Shown: in pieces, positions 49,688 to 59,405 of the stretch
Layout: each line of letters opens with the position of its first letter
Numbering within the stretch: position 1 is the stretch's first letter
Sequence record: PP400786
Source: Escherichia phage FL12
Length of the DNA stretch: 64,000 bases
Strand: one strand, 5' to 3'
Position numbers and translations under genes: made by a program
Notes under the pieces: generated by a model
Told to the model about the DNA's origin: nothing
The model's database searches: none
What the model saw: only the letters and a program-made list of their open reading frames with translations

Positions 49688-50782
49688 ATGGCAATTGTTA
49701 AAGAAATAACTACTGATTTAATTAAAAAGTCCGGTGAGAAAATTTCAGCCGGACAGAGCACTAAATCAGAAGTAGCAACTAAAACATACACTGCCCAGTT
49801 TCCAACTGGACGTGCTAGTGGTAATGACACTACAGGGGACTTCCAGGTAACAGATCTATATAAGAATGGATTATTATTTACTGCATACAATATGTCATCT
49901 AGGGATTCTGGAAGTCTTAGATCGATGAGATCTAACTACTCTTCTTCATCTTCGAGTATTTTAAGTACAGCTAGAAACACTATTAGTAGTACAGTATCAA
50001 AACTATCAAATGGATTAATATCAAACAATAATTCAGGAACAATAAGTAAAGCTCCTGTCGCAAACATTCTTTTACCGAGATCTAAATCTGACGTTGATAC
50101 ATCATCACATAGATTTAATGATGTTCAAGAAAGTCTTATCAGCAGAGGCGGAGGTACTGCTACTGGTGTGTTAAGTAATATTGCTTCAACTGCAGTATTT
50201 GGGGCACTGGAAAGTATAACACAAGGTATAATGGCTGATAATAATGAACAGATTTATACGACAGCCAGAAGTATGTACGGTGGTGCTGAAAATAGAACTA
50301 AAGTGTTTACATGGGATTTGACTCCACGTTCAACAGAAGATTTAATGGCTATTATTAATATCTATCAATATTTTAACTATTTTTCTTATGGTGAAACAGG
50401 TAAATCTCAATATGCTGCTGAAATAAAGGGGTATTTAGATGATTGGTATCGTTCTACGTTAATTGAACCTTTATCTCCGGAAGACGCAGCTAAAAATAAA
50501 ACACTATTTGAGAAAATGACAGCAAGTTTAACGAACGTTCTTGTAGTTTCAAACCCGACAGTTTGGATGGTGAAAAACTTTGGTGCAACATCTAAGTTTG
50601 ATGGAAAAACGGAAATATTTGGTCCATGCCAAATACAGAGCATTAGATTTGATAAAACACCTAATGGTAACTTTAACGGATTAGCTATTGCTCCAAACCT
50701 CCCTAGTACATTTACTCTCGAGATTACTATGAGAGAAATTATCACGTTAAACCGTGCTTCTTTATATGCGGGGACTTTTTAA
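49688..50782 (+). CDS. 48: Gene 48 baseplate tail-tube junction protein
   Basis: 364 aa; synteny. Confidence 0.9.
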   Translation: MAIVKEITTDLIKKSGEKISAGQSTKSEVATKTYTAQFPTGRASGNDTTGDFQVTDLYKNGLLFTAYNMSSRDSGSLRSMRSNYSSSSSSILSTARNTISSTVSKLSNGLISNNNSGTISKAPVANILLPRSKSDVDTSSHRFNDVQESLISRGGGTATGVLSNIASTAVFGALESITQGIMADNNEQIYTTARSMYGGAENRTKVFTWDLTPRSTEDLMAIINIYQYFNYFSYGETGKSQYAAEIKGYLDDWYRSTLIEPLSPEDAAKNKTLFEKMTASLTNVLVVSNPTVWMVKNFGATSKFDGKTEIFGPCQIQSIRFDKTPNGNFNGLAIAPNLPSTFTLEITMREIITLNRASLYAGTF

Positions 50783-51747
50783 TGTATTCTTTAGAGGAAT
50801 TTAATAATCAAGCAATAAACGCAGATTTCCAACGTAATAATATGTTTAGCTGCGTTTTTGCGACAACTCCATCAACTAAAAGCTCTTCGTTGATAAGTTC
50901 AATTAGCAACTTTTCTTATAATAACTTGGGCCTAAATTCAAATTGGTTAGGATTAACTCAAGGTGATATTAATCAGGGAATTACCACGCTAATTACAGCT
51001 GGCACACAAAAACTAATAAGAAAATCAGGAGTCAGTAAATATCTTATTGGTGCCATGAGTCAACGTACTGTCCAGAGTTTATTAGGCTCATTTACAGTTG
51101 GTACATATTTAATTGACTTCTTTAACATGGCATATAACTCATCTGGATTGATGATATATTCTGTAAAAATGCCAGAGAATAGATTATCTTATGAAACTGA
51201 CTGGAACTATAATTCCCCTAATATTCGTATAACTGGGAGAGAATTAGACCCTTTGGTTATTTCATTTAGAATGGATTCAGAAGCTTGTAACTATCGTGCA
51301 ATGCAAGACTGGGTTAACTCTGTTCAAGACCCAGTAACTGGACTACGTGCTTTGCCGCAAGATGTCGAGGCAGATATTCAGGTTAATCTTCATTCTCGTA
51401 ATGGATTGCCTCATACTGCGGTGATGTTCACCGGATGCATTCCAATATCAGTGAGCGCTCCTGAGCTATCATATGATGGAGATAACCAAATAACTACATT
51501 TGATGTTACTTTTGCGTATAGAGTGATGCAGGCTGGAGCAGTTGATAGGCAAGCTGCGCTTGAATGGCTTGAATCTGCTGCTATAAATGGTATTCAAAGC
51601 GTTCTCGGAAATAGTGGAGGTGTTACTGGACTATCTAATTCGCTTTCACGACTCAGTAGATTAGGGGGAACTGCAGGAAGCATTTCAAACATTAATACTA
51701 TGACAGGAATTGTCAATTCGCAAAGTAAAATATTAGGAGCAATATAA
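50782..51747 (+). CDS. 54: Gene 54 baseplate tail-tube initiator
   Basis: 321 aa; synteny. Confidence 0.9.
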   Translation: MYSLEEFNNQAINADFQRNNMFSCVFATTPSTKSSSLISSISNFSYNNLGLNSNWLGLTQGDINQGITTLITAGTQKLIRKSGVSKYLIGAMSQRTVQSLLGSFTVGTYLIDFFNMAYNSSGLMIYSVKMPENRLSYETDWNYNSPNIRITGRELDPLVISFRMDSEACNYRAMQDWVNSVQDPVTGLRALPQDVEADIQVNLHSRNGLPHTAVMFTGCIPISVSAPELSYDGDNQITTFDVTFAYRVMQAGAVDRQAALEWLESAAINGIQSVLGNSGGVTGLSNSLSRLSRLGGTAGSISNINTMTGIVNSQSKILGAI

Positions 51748-51751
51748 CAAC

Positions 51752-51780
51752 GGGGACCTTTCGGTCCCCATATTTTTATT
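51752..51780. terminator. Bidirectional terminator between gene 54 and the minus-strand alt block
   Basis: GGGGACC-TTTC-GGTCCCC followed by ATATTTTTATTT; convergent gene ends. Confidence 0.8.
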
Positions 51781-52066
51781 TACGGAATGAAATGAAAGCA
51801 GCAACTGAAGCAACTAAACCGTCTTCAATATAAACCTCAATTTTTACCGGAGCTTCTGACTCAAATTTACCTGTTACTACACCTTGGAAAATACTTTCAG
51901 TCTGTTCTGGCTTTGAAAAATTTTCAGAAGGAAAAATTCCGAACTTTTTATCTGTTCCAAAAATTTTGATAAATTCATCGTAAACTGCTTCATTAAAAGC
52001 ATTATCAGCAGGAATAACGCCTTCAACTACAAGTTCTTGACCTAAAAAGCGCAAAGAAGATTTCAT
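51776..52066 (-). CDS. Hypothetical protein, 96 aa (alt-downstream position)
   Basis: ATG-initiated ORF; no motif recognised. Confidence 0.55.
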   Translation of the reverse strand: MKSSLRFLGQELVVEGVIPADNAFNEAVYDEFIKIFGTDKKFGIFPSENFSKPEQTESIFQGVVTGKFESEAPVKIEVYIEDGLVASVAAFISFRK

Positions 52067-52098
52067 TTTGTGTTCCTCATGTTATGTCAGTAAGACTA

Positions 52099-52485
52099 CT
52101 ATAACACAACACGAGGGACTTGTAAACTACATTTTGAACTTTTTAGTACGCGGAATAGGCATGCGTCAATTTTATACTGCTTCATTGTTTGAAGAGCAGT
52201 ATCAAAAACAGCGTTAATGACGCCAATTGGATTTCCACCCAAGTTTCTAAGTTTAACCAGTGATAATTTCTCGTTGACACCTATCATTACGATATGCATC
52301 ATTTTATCGCCCGGCTTAACGTTTTTATTCGTATCACCGCCAGAGGTGTATGTACAAAATCTAAATCCAGGAAGCACGCTTTCTTCGCCGGCTTGAATAG
52401 CAAAAATTTGTGGTATTTTATGCTTAGGATTTAAGTTAACAACCGGCGCCGAAGCGCCGTCAAATAATTATGTAATAAGTTCCAT
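52099..52485 (-). pseudogene. Truncated paralogue of the alt 5' region with an in-frame TAA at codon 6
   Basis: Immediately after the alt stop: ATG GAA CTT ATT ACA TAA, then the same frame continues ...KIPQIFAIQAGEESVLPGFRFCTYTSGGDTN..., paralleling Alt residues 1-110. Only a GTG at 52377 could restart translation. Confidence 0.6.
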
Positions 52486-52488
52486 GAT

Positions 52489-54579
52489 TTATCCTTGAAC
52501 GAACTTGTAAGGCATGTTTGCAATATCTATGCAAGACGCAATAATTCCAAGAGATGATTCTACTTTCTGTTTAACATTTGATGAAACAAATGATGCAAAG
52601 TCAACTCTGTCTTCTATATCACCTGTCATTGTAACCAATTCACCAGTTTCCATTAAATGGTCTCCGTCATAGATTACCGATTCGGTGAGTTCTTCTGTGG
52701 TCATGACTTCAGCTTGAATGAGTTTTGTATTATTAGATGTTGTTCCGTCATTATTAGAAGCATCAGTTATTTTATTAACTTTGACCATTAATCCGCGCGG
52801 TAGAATAACTTCAGCTTCTGTTGCTATTCCGAGACTTCCTGGATATACAACATTAACTTTATGTGCGCCGTCAATTGCCCATCCTATTTGAACTTTAACG
52901 TATTCAGGATTTTCTTTATACGCTCTTATTTCGTTTGGATTAATAGTTATTCCTTCTTCATTTTTATCAACTGTCAATTCATTACGAGCTTCTGGTTCTA
53001 AAAGACCAATACCAGCATGTGTAATTCCAAAACGCCCAAAAATGATAGGAGTTAAAGAAGTAGATACAAAATTTCTGAAATAGAACACTTTATTTTTAAC
53101 TAACGCTTCATATATAGGAGCAGTCATACTTTGAGCACGATAAACTGTAATGCCTTCTGGTATACGGTCACCATTTTCAAAAGCTGAATCTAAGTTATTT
53201 ATAGCAGATTCAATTTCTTTTTCACTCATTACATCATATCGTTCTGGATTGTAACGACCTAAAAGAAGATTATTGATGTCAGTATATCCTGAACCGCAAT
53301 ATTCTCTAATGCCACGCTTTTGTGATGGAGTATATTTAGAACCATCGCGGGCAATAGTAATATCAATCATTGGACCAGCACCAATTCCAGAAAAACTGTA
53401 AATCATTCGTTTGAGGAATTTAGTTTTTGCTGCGTTCCAGGAATTTTTAGTTATTTCTTCCCAGACTTCATCTGGTTGTCCTTTACGATTTTTATTATGA
53501 TTAGCAAGCCATTTATCTTTATAATCTTCAAAGAATTGATTTACAGCTGCTGCGTATTTCTCTAAACATTTTATTGAAGTAGTTGGTTCATTTTTAATTG
53601 CATTAAAAATTACTTCTTTAATTTTTTCTGAAACTTCACCGACTTGACTCATTGGAAAGAATTTATAATCATAGTGAAGTTCATCTGCCGTTCCTTCAGC
53701 AATAATTTTTGCTGCCTTTGTTTTAGAAGCTAATGAATTAATTCCAATTTTCATTTCTTCTGCTTCGGGAATTAAAGGTGCAGTAGCTGGTTTATTAAAA
53801 TTAGCTGCTGTAGATTCATACTTCTGGAATAATTCACTTTCAAATCTAGAAGATTCCAATGACTGACTTTGTGCAATTGCTCTACGGGAAATTTTAACTT
53901 TAACAATTACGGCTTGGTCAGAACGTTTATCATTTTCTTGTGCAATAGATGCTGCAATTGCCTCATTTTTAGTTACTTGAGCTCCAGTATCTTTATTGAT
54001 ATAAACATCACCGACCTTCGATTCAACTTTAGTAAAGAGCTCGGTACTAATTTCCGGAACCCCTGGAATGTCTTCTAGTGATACATTTTTGCGATGTATA
54101 AGAATATATGCATACTTTTTATCATAATCCCAGAGTTCCTTAAGAAGGACGTATCTGCCACCTGAACGACTACGGATAAGTCTATCAGCAATAACTTGAA
54201 TTTGTCGAGCTTGACCAGCAGTTTTAGACTTAAGAATACGGAGCATACAGGCATCAATTTTATACTGACGCATTGTTTGCATTGCAACAGTAAAAACTGA
54301 ATTGATATAATTAATTGGGCTTGGACCAAGACCTTTTAATTTAGCAATTGAACCTTTAGCGGTTAATGTAAAAGGAACAATATGCATCATTTTGTCGCCC
54401 ATTTTTAAATCACGATTAGTATCACCTCCAGATGTATAGGTACATAAACGAAAGCCTGGTTGTTCAATTGCATCATCAACGTGAACTGAAAAAATTTGCG
54501 GTATTTTCTTCTTTGGATGTAAGTTTGTAATTGGAAGAGTAGTATCTTCGTCAAATAATTCTGTAATAAGTTCCATCAT
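52489..54579 (-). CDS. alt: Alt ADP-ribosyltransferase (packaged, modifies host RNA polymerase)
   Basis: 696 aa; ADP-ribosyltransferase signature R...STS...ExE (YRAQS, FVSTSL, EAEVILP); position next to gene 30. Confidence 0.9.
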   Translation of the reverse strand: MMELITELFDEDTTLPITNLHPKKKIPQIFSVHVDDAIEQPGFRLCTYTSGGDTNRDLKMGDKMMHIVPFTLTAKGSIAKLKGLGPSPINYINSVFTVAMQTMRQYKIDACMLRILKSKTAGQARQIQVIADRLIRSRSGGRYVLLKELWDYDKKYAYILIHRKNVSLEDIPGVPEISTELFTKVESKVGDVYINKDTGAQVTKNEAIAASIAQENDKRSDQAVIVKVKISRRAIAQSQSLESSRFESELFQKYESTAANFNKPATAPLIPEAEEMKIGINSLASKTKAAKIIAEGTADELHYDYKFFPMSQVGEVSEKIKEVIFNAIKNEPTTSIKCLEKYAAAVNQFFEDYKDKWLANHNKNRKGQPDEVWEEITKNSWNAAKTKFLKRMIYSFSGIGAGPMIDITIARDGSKYTPSQKRGIREYCGSGYTDINNLLLGRYNPERYDVMSEKEIESAINNLDSAFENGDRIPEGITVYRAQSMTAPIYEALVKNKVFYFRNFVSTSLTPIIFGRFGITHAGIGLLEPEARNELTVDKNEEGITINPNEIRAYKENPEYVKVQIGWAIDGAHKVNVVYPGSLGIATEAEVILPRGLMVKVNKITDASNNDGTTSNNTKLIQAEVMTTEELTESVIYDGDHLMETGELVTMTGDIEDRVDFASFVSSNVKQKVESSLGIIASCIDIANMPYKFVQG

Positions 54580-54615
54580 ATCCTCTCTAGTGTTTATTCT
54601 ATTTATAAAATTAAA

Positions 54616-54627
54616 GGCCCGAAGGCC
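54616..54627 (-). terminator. Terminator between the 62-aa ORF and alt
   Basis: Minus-strand RNA GGCC-UUCG-GGCC followed by UUUAAUUUUAU, directly after the stop at 54629. Confidence 0.7.
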
Positions 54628-54628
54628 T

Positions 54629-54817
54629 TTAGTAATCTAGTGGTAAGAGAGTACGATATATTTCAAACTTTGGTCCTTTTTCATAGGCATCAAATGTTTC
54701 TGTAAATTTATTATAAGCGTATGCATCTACAAATTCGAGAATGACTTGTGATACAGAAGTAGAAACATCTCCACCTTCTTTTTGAGCAATGACAATTGTT
54801 TCTAAGTAAGCTTTCAT
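54629..54817 (-). CDS. Hypothetical protein, 62 aa (alt.1 position)
   Basis: Small ORF overlapping the gene 30 stop. Confidence 0.55.
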   Translation of the reverse strand: MKAYLETIVIAQKEGGDVSTSVSQVILEFVDAYAYNKFTETFDAYEKGPKFEIYRTLLPLDY

Positions 54818-56277
54818 AGACCAGTTACCTCATGAAAATCGCCAAATACATCTTCGAACGTATTAGCTTTAGTTTTATCTTCACGTAAACGAATCGCAAT
54901 CGGAAGAAATAATTTAACGTAATCAGTGCGGCCATCAGATTTTAACCAACCGTTGCATTCGCACTCTAGAATTTTTCCAATATAATAATTTTGGTTTTCC
55001 ATAATGCGAGTACGGTCAAGTTCATGTGATTTTACACCGGCTTTATCTTTTAAGCCTGAGCCAGCATTTACCTTAATTTTTCCACACTCTGACTCAAGAA
55101 TAAATCCACCCGCTTTAGTAGGGTCTTTACGGTGAGGATAAATTCCTACAATTTTTAAATCAACATCAATTACTTCTTTAAATTTATAGAGATTTTTTGA
55201 ACGAGCATTTTCCCATAATCCATCGATATTTTTGAGAATAATACCTTCAAGACCTTGGTCAATATACTTTTTATAAATTACCTTAGCTTCATCTAGGTTA
55301 TTTACTATCTGGTTTTCAATTAAAATTACTTTATCATAGCCTGATGTCATTTGTTCTAGTTTAGAAAAACGTACATCATATTTTAAACGAAATGCTGGAA
55401 GACCATATATTTCTACTAATGGAACATAGTCCCAGACCTGAAACTTCATGCATTGAGCTTCTTTTTCAGAAATGGTTCCCTTTAAAGATTTATTAGCGAT
55501 TCCATTAGAAGTAGTACGTGATTCAGCTACTTCGGCGAATTCTTTGGCTTTACTAATTTCAGGATGAGCATCAAAAAGAAAATCTAGGCCTTCTGGCTCC
55601 TTTTTAACTTGCTCATGGTATACCAATTCGCCATCAATTAACACGCCTTCTGGATGAATCTTGCGGGCTTCAGCGGTCATTTTAATTAACTCTTCCTTAA
55701 GAAGATCTAATCCTAGATATTCATTACCAGCTCGTGATAAAAGACGAACATCATCTAATTCATCACCTCTGACTTCAGCAAAGCACCGAGCTCCATCAGC
55801 TTTTAACTGGGCAAAAGCTGGAAATTTGATATTCTTATTAATGCCTTTTTCATCATAAGAACTTGCCAGCATTTGAGGTTGTTCAGGAATTAAACCTGGC
55901 CAAACTTTGTTCGCAATAGATACTGATGCACCGCATTCAAGGTCTCGCATCATCACCCGACGCAAAACTTCAACATCATCTTTTTTACCATCAGTGATAT
56001 ATCCAGTTAATTCCTCAATTGCTGCATTTCCAGTCAATTTCCGAGTAGCTAACGTGAATTCAATGAAGTCAAGCATATCGGTAATAGTCAACATTCCAAA
56101 ACTCTGGGTAGCAATACCCGGTTTAGGCCATTTCTTGATATAATACTGTAACCCACGAGAATAAGTCAGACGATATACTCGTTTAAGCAATTCATTATCT
56201 TTATTCTTTTCAAGAATTGCTTGCTTCTGCTTAGTTGATCCAATAGATGCTATTTCATTCAGAATTTTAAGAATCAT
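54814..56277 (-). CDS. 30: Gene 30 ATP-dependent DNA ligase
   Basis: 487 aa; adenylation motif KADGAR; begins MILKILNEIASIGSTKQKQ. Confidence 0.97.
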   Translation of the reverse strand: MILKILNEIASIGSTKQKQAILEKNKDNELLKRVYRLTYSRGLQYYIKKWPKPGIATQSFGMLTITDMLDFIEFTLATRKLTGNAAIEELTGYITDGKKDDVEVLRRVMMRDLECGASVSIANKVWPGLIPEQPQMLASSYDEKGINKNIKFPAFAQLKADGARCFAEVRGDELDDVRLLSRAGNEYLGLDLLKEELIKMTAEARKIHPEGVLIDGELVYHEQVKKEPEGLDFLFDAHPEISKAKEFAEVAESRTTSNGIANKSLKGTISEKEAQCMKFQVWDYVPLVEIYGLPAFRLKYDVRFSKLEQMTSGYDKVILIENQIVNNLDEAKVIYKKYIDQGLEGIILKNIDGLWENARSKNLYKFKEVIDVDLKIVGIYPHRKDPTKAGGFILESECGKIKVNAGSGLKDKAGVKSHELDRTRIMENQNYYIGKILECECNGWLKSDGRTDYVKLFLPIAIRLREDKTKANTFEDVFGDFHEVTGL

Positions 56278-56543
56278 TGTTCATCCTTTAGAGTTTGGTT
56301 TACAGCTCTATTATAAATCAATTCATCATTAAGCTCAGTCAAAGACCTGTGGTACGTGGTTCTAACTTTATTTCCTTGCATCCAGTGCTTGATATAAATG
56401 AAACCTTGCTCTACACATTTTTTAAAAATTCGTTCGTCTTTTTGAGCTCGGAATTCTGGATTGCATCTAAAAAATTGATTTACGTGACCGTAATCACGTG
56501 TAGTATTACCTTCATTTTCATAAATAGTGTGAACAACAAACAT
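56274..56543 (-). CDS. Hypothetical protein (30.1 position), 89 aa
   Basis: ATG-initiated; ATGA overlap with gene 30. Confidence 0.6.
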   Translation of the reverse strand: MFVVHTIYENEGNTTRDYGHVNQFFRCNPEFRAQKDERIFKKCVEQGFIYIKHWMQGNKVRTTYHRSLTELNDELIYNRAVNQTLKDEQ

Positions 56544-56554
56544 TAGAATGCTCC

Positions 56555-57406
56555 TTAGAAAATATTATCACCACTAGTAAGTCTATTAAAATACCCTGCG
56601 TCGCCAGGCTTAATATAACTCCACGTGTGGAATGGATTCATATGATACGGGTGTGTATAATATGGATTATATGGATGTGTATAATATGGATGATATGGAT
56701 TTAATCCAGGCGTTCTCCAGGTAGTGTTCCAAGGAAAAGAATCGTTTTTAACCATCTTCTCAATTACATCTTTTATAACTTTTTCACTATCAAAACTTTC
56801 TTTATTTTCCTTTGGTGAAAAAAGCTTATTTTCTACATCATTCCATGTATAAACTCGCTGCGCAGTTTTTGGAATATTGTCACGCTCTCCTCGAGCCATC
56901 CAATAAACCGGAACATTTAATATTTCACTCGCATGATCGCAATGGTGAGCGAGATCGTCAATATAACAAATTACGTTATATTTCTCTTTTGCCTTTTTGA
57001 ACAACTCTTCTTTTGAAGAATCATGACTACACATCAGTACTTCTGAGAAGGCACCAGGAAAAAGAGCATTCAAATTAAATTGACGATTCAGCAGAGCGTC
57101 AATAGAATCACCCAGCGCTGTAACAGCTACAAAATTATAATCTTCTTTTAATTTGTTAATTACACACAGAGCATCTTTATATGGAGACAAGTAACGAATA
57201 AAATCCGAACGATTGTATTTTTCAATTAACTTGACGCCAAGTTCTTCATCACAATTAAAAAGTTTACCTGGAGAGATAAATTTCTCATCTTGGATCATTT
57301 TTAAAATATGTTCCAATGGAAGATTATATTTCTGAGCAAAATAAGGAAGGCCTGATTGCCAGCTTAAACATACTCCATCAATATCAGTTAAAATAGTAGG
57401 CTTCAT
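56555..57406 (-). CDS. HAD-like phosphatase-fold protein with Pro/Tyr/His-rich C-terminal repeat (30.2 position)
   Basis: 283 aa; N-terminal DIDGV (HAD motif I-like) and YIDD (motif IV-like); C-terminal NPYHPYYTHPYNPYYTHPYHMNPF. Confidence 0.6.
   Translation of the reverse strand: MKPTILTDIDGVCLSWQSGLPYFAQKYNLPLEHILKMIQDEKFISPGKLFNCDEELGVKLIEKYNRSDFIRYLSPYKDALCVINKLKEDYNFVAVTALGDSIDALLNRQFNLNALFPGAFSEVLMCSHDSSKEELFKKAKEKYNVICYIDDLAHHCDHASEILNVPVYWMARGERDNIPKTAQRVYTWNDVENKLFSPKENKESFDSEKVIKDVIEKMVKNDSFPWNTTWRTPGLNPYHPYYTHPYNPYYTHPYHMNPFHTWSYIKPGDAGYFNRLTSGDNIF
56641..56700 (-). repeat. Short tandem coding repeat inside the 30.2-position gene
   Basis: Plus-strand tatgatacgggtgtgtataatatggattatatggatgtgtataatatggatgatatggat shows the reiterated unit encoding the HPYYTHPY repeats. 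Confidence 0.6.
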
Positions 57407-57861
57407 AGAGAGTCTCTTAATAGGTTTAACACATCAATAAATTCAGCTTCGGTTAGTATTGTATCATCTTTTGTTAGACCACTAGCCATGCTGTGCTTCA
57501 AAACTTTTCCTTTCGAGGCTTGTAATGCATCGCGAAAGCCCTTGTTTTGGATCGCTGCTTCAAAATATGCATTTGTGTATAATTCTTTCCACGCCGGGGA
57601 GTATCTTGAAAACGGAACTCCAAGCCAGAAGAGGGTCCCACGGTCCTGAGCTCTAGCATAAGACCTTCCAGCTTGTTGAGCGGCAAGCCCGGATAACCCA
57701 AATATACGGCGTTGTTGTTCAACATTTTTCACCTTGCATCCTTGGAGGAATCCTTCGAGACCTCCAAATTGAATGCCATCCATAACGAAAGGCCATTGGG
57801 CGAAATTACTTAATGCACATGATGGCCATTTAAAATTGCTTCTTATCTCTAGCTCAGACAT
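57403..57861 (-). CDS. NADAR / YbiA-like (DUF1768) domain protein (30.3 position)
   Basis: 152 aa from ATG at 57861 (track start is TTG). Motif run LSNFAQWPFVMDGIQFGGLEGFLQGCKV matches my memory of the NADAR signature SNF..P..DG.....E...Q..K; not verified by search. Confidence 0.55.
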   Translation of the reverse strand: MSELEIRSNFKWPSCALSNFAQWPFVMDGIQFGGLEGFLQGCKVKNVEQQRRIFGLSGLAAQQAGRSYARAQDRGTLFWLGVPFSRYSPAWKELYTNAYFEAAIQNKGFRDALQASKGKVLKHSMASGLTKDDTILTEAEFIDVLNLLRDSL

Positions 57862-58060
57862 TTTCAATACTTATAATTTCAACATCAGCCCAATGACCAT
57901 AGCAAGGAAGACGAAATTCAACTGGCCAGTTAGGGTCCTTTTCTAATATAATAGACTCAACTTGTGGTTCTTCATGTTCATCAGTATATGGATTTTTATC
58001 TGTTACTTTATATGTGACCTTAATGTACTGAATTCCAAAAATCTTATTAATTATATTCAT
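57854..58060 (-). CDS. Hypothetical protein (30.4 position), 68 aa
   Basis: ATG-initiated small ORF in a tightly packed early operon. Confidence 0.5.
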   Translation of the reverse strand: MNIINKIFGIQYIKVTYKVTDKNPYTDEHEEPQVESIILEKDPNWPVEFRLPCYGHWADVEIISIENV

Positions 58061-58254
58061 ACTAATTCCTTTAATCCGTAAATAGGAGATAATTCATCAC
58101 CCATACGAAGGTCTTCATTTCCATCTACCCAGGAAACAATATAAGCCTCTTTTATTTGAATACCACTCCATTTAAATGGAGGTAGAACCTTAGAAATTAA
58201 TCCAGGTATACCAACTCCCTTTAATTCAACAGTTTGACCTAAAAAGAATTTCAT
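58057..58254 (-). CDS. Hypothetical protein (30.5 position), 65 aa
   Basis: ATG-initiated small ORF. Confidence 0.5.
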   Translation of the reverse strand: MKFFLGQTVELKGVGIPGLISKVLPPFKWSGIQIKEAYIVSWVDGNEDLRMGDELSPIYGLKELV

Positions 58255-58541
58255 TAGAACCTCATCTGAAAACCGTGTGATTTAACATTACCGCCGCCAA
58301 TGTCAGAAATGTTAATTTCACGCGCAATTGAAGGGTCAATGTCAATTTCACGATTGAGTTTAGTGATAGCTAGAGTATCACGCCCATTTACAGTACGGAA
58401 CTCTAAAGGGCAGACTACATTAACGTAGTTTTTAATTGATTCACTGGTAGGTTGCAAATGAGCAGGAAGGTCTTTAGGCGCCTTAGAGAAAACTACTTCA
58501 CAGAAGTTTTTGCGGGTATCAAAATAAGTAGTCATAAACAT
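58254..58541 (-). CDS. Hypothetical protein (30.6 position), 95 aa
   Basis: ATG-initiated ORF. Confidence 0.55.
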   Translation of the reverse strand: MFMTTYFDTRKNFCEVVFSKAPKDLPAHLQPTSESIKNYVNVVCPLEFRTVNGRDTLAITKLNREIDIDPSIAREINISDIGGGNVKSHGFQMRF

Positions 58542-58558
58542 AGTATTTTCCTCAGTAA

Positions 58559-58572
58559 GGGGCCGAAGCCCC
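58559..58572 (-). other. UUCG-tetraloop hairpin between the 30.7 and 30.6 ORFs
   Basis: Minus-strand RNA GGGGC-UUCG-GCCCC with no following U-run; likely an RNA stability or processing element. Confidence 0.5.
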
Positions 58573-58582
58573 TCATTTTATT

Positions 58583-58948
58583 TTAAATATCAAATTCGTT
58601 AAGAACTACATCAAAGATCGCTTCAAGATGCTCAGGTTTAGCTCTGTTACTCAGAATATGACGAATCCAAGTTTTAACCAGAAGCTTGCGATTAACACCA
58701 TTCCAACAAGGATGAGTCCCTAAATCACGTTGACGAAAATCATCATCTAATGCGATTTTAAAAGAAGAGCCTTCTTTTGTGATTGAAACCGTGATGCCAT
58801 TTTCAAATCGCATATAAACGTAGTTAGGAGTCATATACTGTTCAATTTCGCATACTGATCCATTTTGATGTTTCCAAAGGCAAATAGTATCAATAGAACC
58901 TGCAATACCGTTAGAAACATATTTACGTTCAAAGTTGATGTAGTTCAT
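58583..58948 (-). CDS. Hypothetical protein (30.7 position), 121 aa
   Basis: ATG at 58948 preceded by GGAGA; the track start at 58960 is TTG. Confidence 0.55.
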   Translation of the reverse strand: MNYINFERKYVSNGIAGSIDTICLWKHQNGSVCEIEQYMTPNYVYMRFENGITVSITKEGSSFKIALDDDFRQRDLGTHPCWNGVNRKLLVKTWIRHILSNRAKPEHLEAIFDVVLNEFDI

Positions 58949-59015
58949 TTTATTCTCCAAGATGTTTAATTGTGGTACAGGTATATAATATCATATCCTG
59001 TACCAAAGTAAACAA

Positions 59016-59348
59016 TTATTTTACTACTTTCCAATGTTGCATGTCAAGTTTACCAACTTTTTTCATCTTCTCAATTAAACGTTCGGCACGTTGGCGAGCT
59101 GTAACATAATACCATTCACCTAATTCATTTTGTTCAATTTTTCCAACGATTACTGTATTCAATTCATAAATCCAACCAGTAAAGAAATTATGAACTTGAA
59201 TTGTAAAGGTGAAATCTGTTCCCATACCTTCTGTCGTTTCTACTTCAATAATATCACCTTCAACTGCCATTAAGAACCACATAGTTTCATTATATTTACC
59301 ATTGAAGCATTTAGTTTTAACTGCAGCGTTCAGATTAATCGTTTTCAT
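59016..59348 (-). CDS. Hypothetical protein (30.8 position), 110 aa
   Basis: ATG preceded by AAGGAGA; early promoter upstream. Confidence 0.6.
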   Translation of the reverse strand: MKTINLNAAVKTKCFNGKYNETMWFLMAVEGDIIEVETTEGMGTDFTFTIQVHNFFTGWIYELNTVIVGKIEQNELGEWYYVTARQRAERLIEKMKKVGKLDMQHWKVVK

Positions 59349-59365
59349 TTTATTCTCCTTTGTTT

Positions 59366-59405
59366 GTGTAAGATAATACTATCACAAAGGAACCATGCTG
59401 TAAAC
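59366..59405 (-). promoter_or_regulatory. T4-type early promoter upstream of the 30.8 ORF
   Basis: Minus strand GTTTAC, ~17-nt spacer ending in TG, then TAGTAT. Confidence 0.55.

Noticed and set aside
52471-52485. Five-codon mini-ORF MELIT directly after the alt stop
   Set aside because: Too short to be a gene; it is the start of the truncated alt paralogue interrupted by a TAA.
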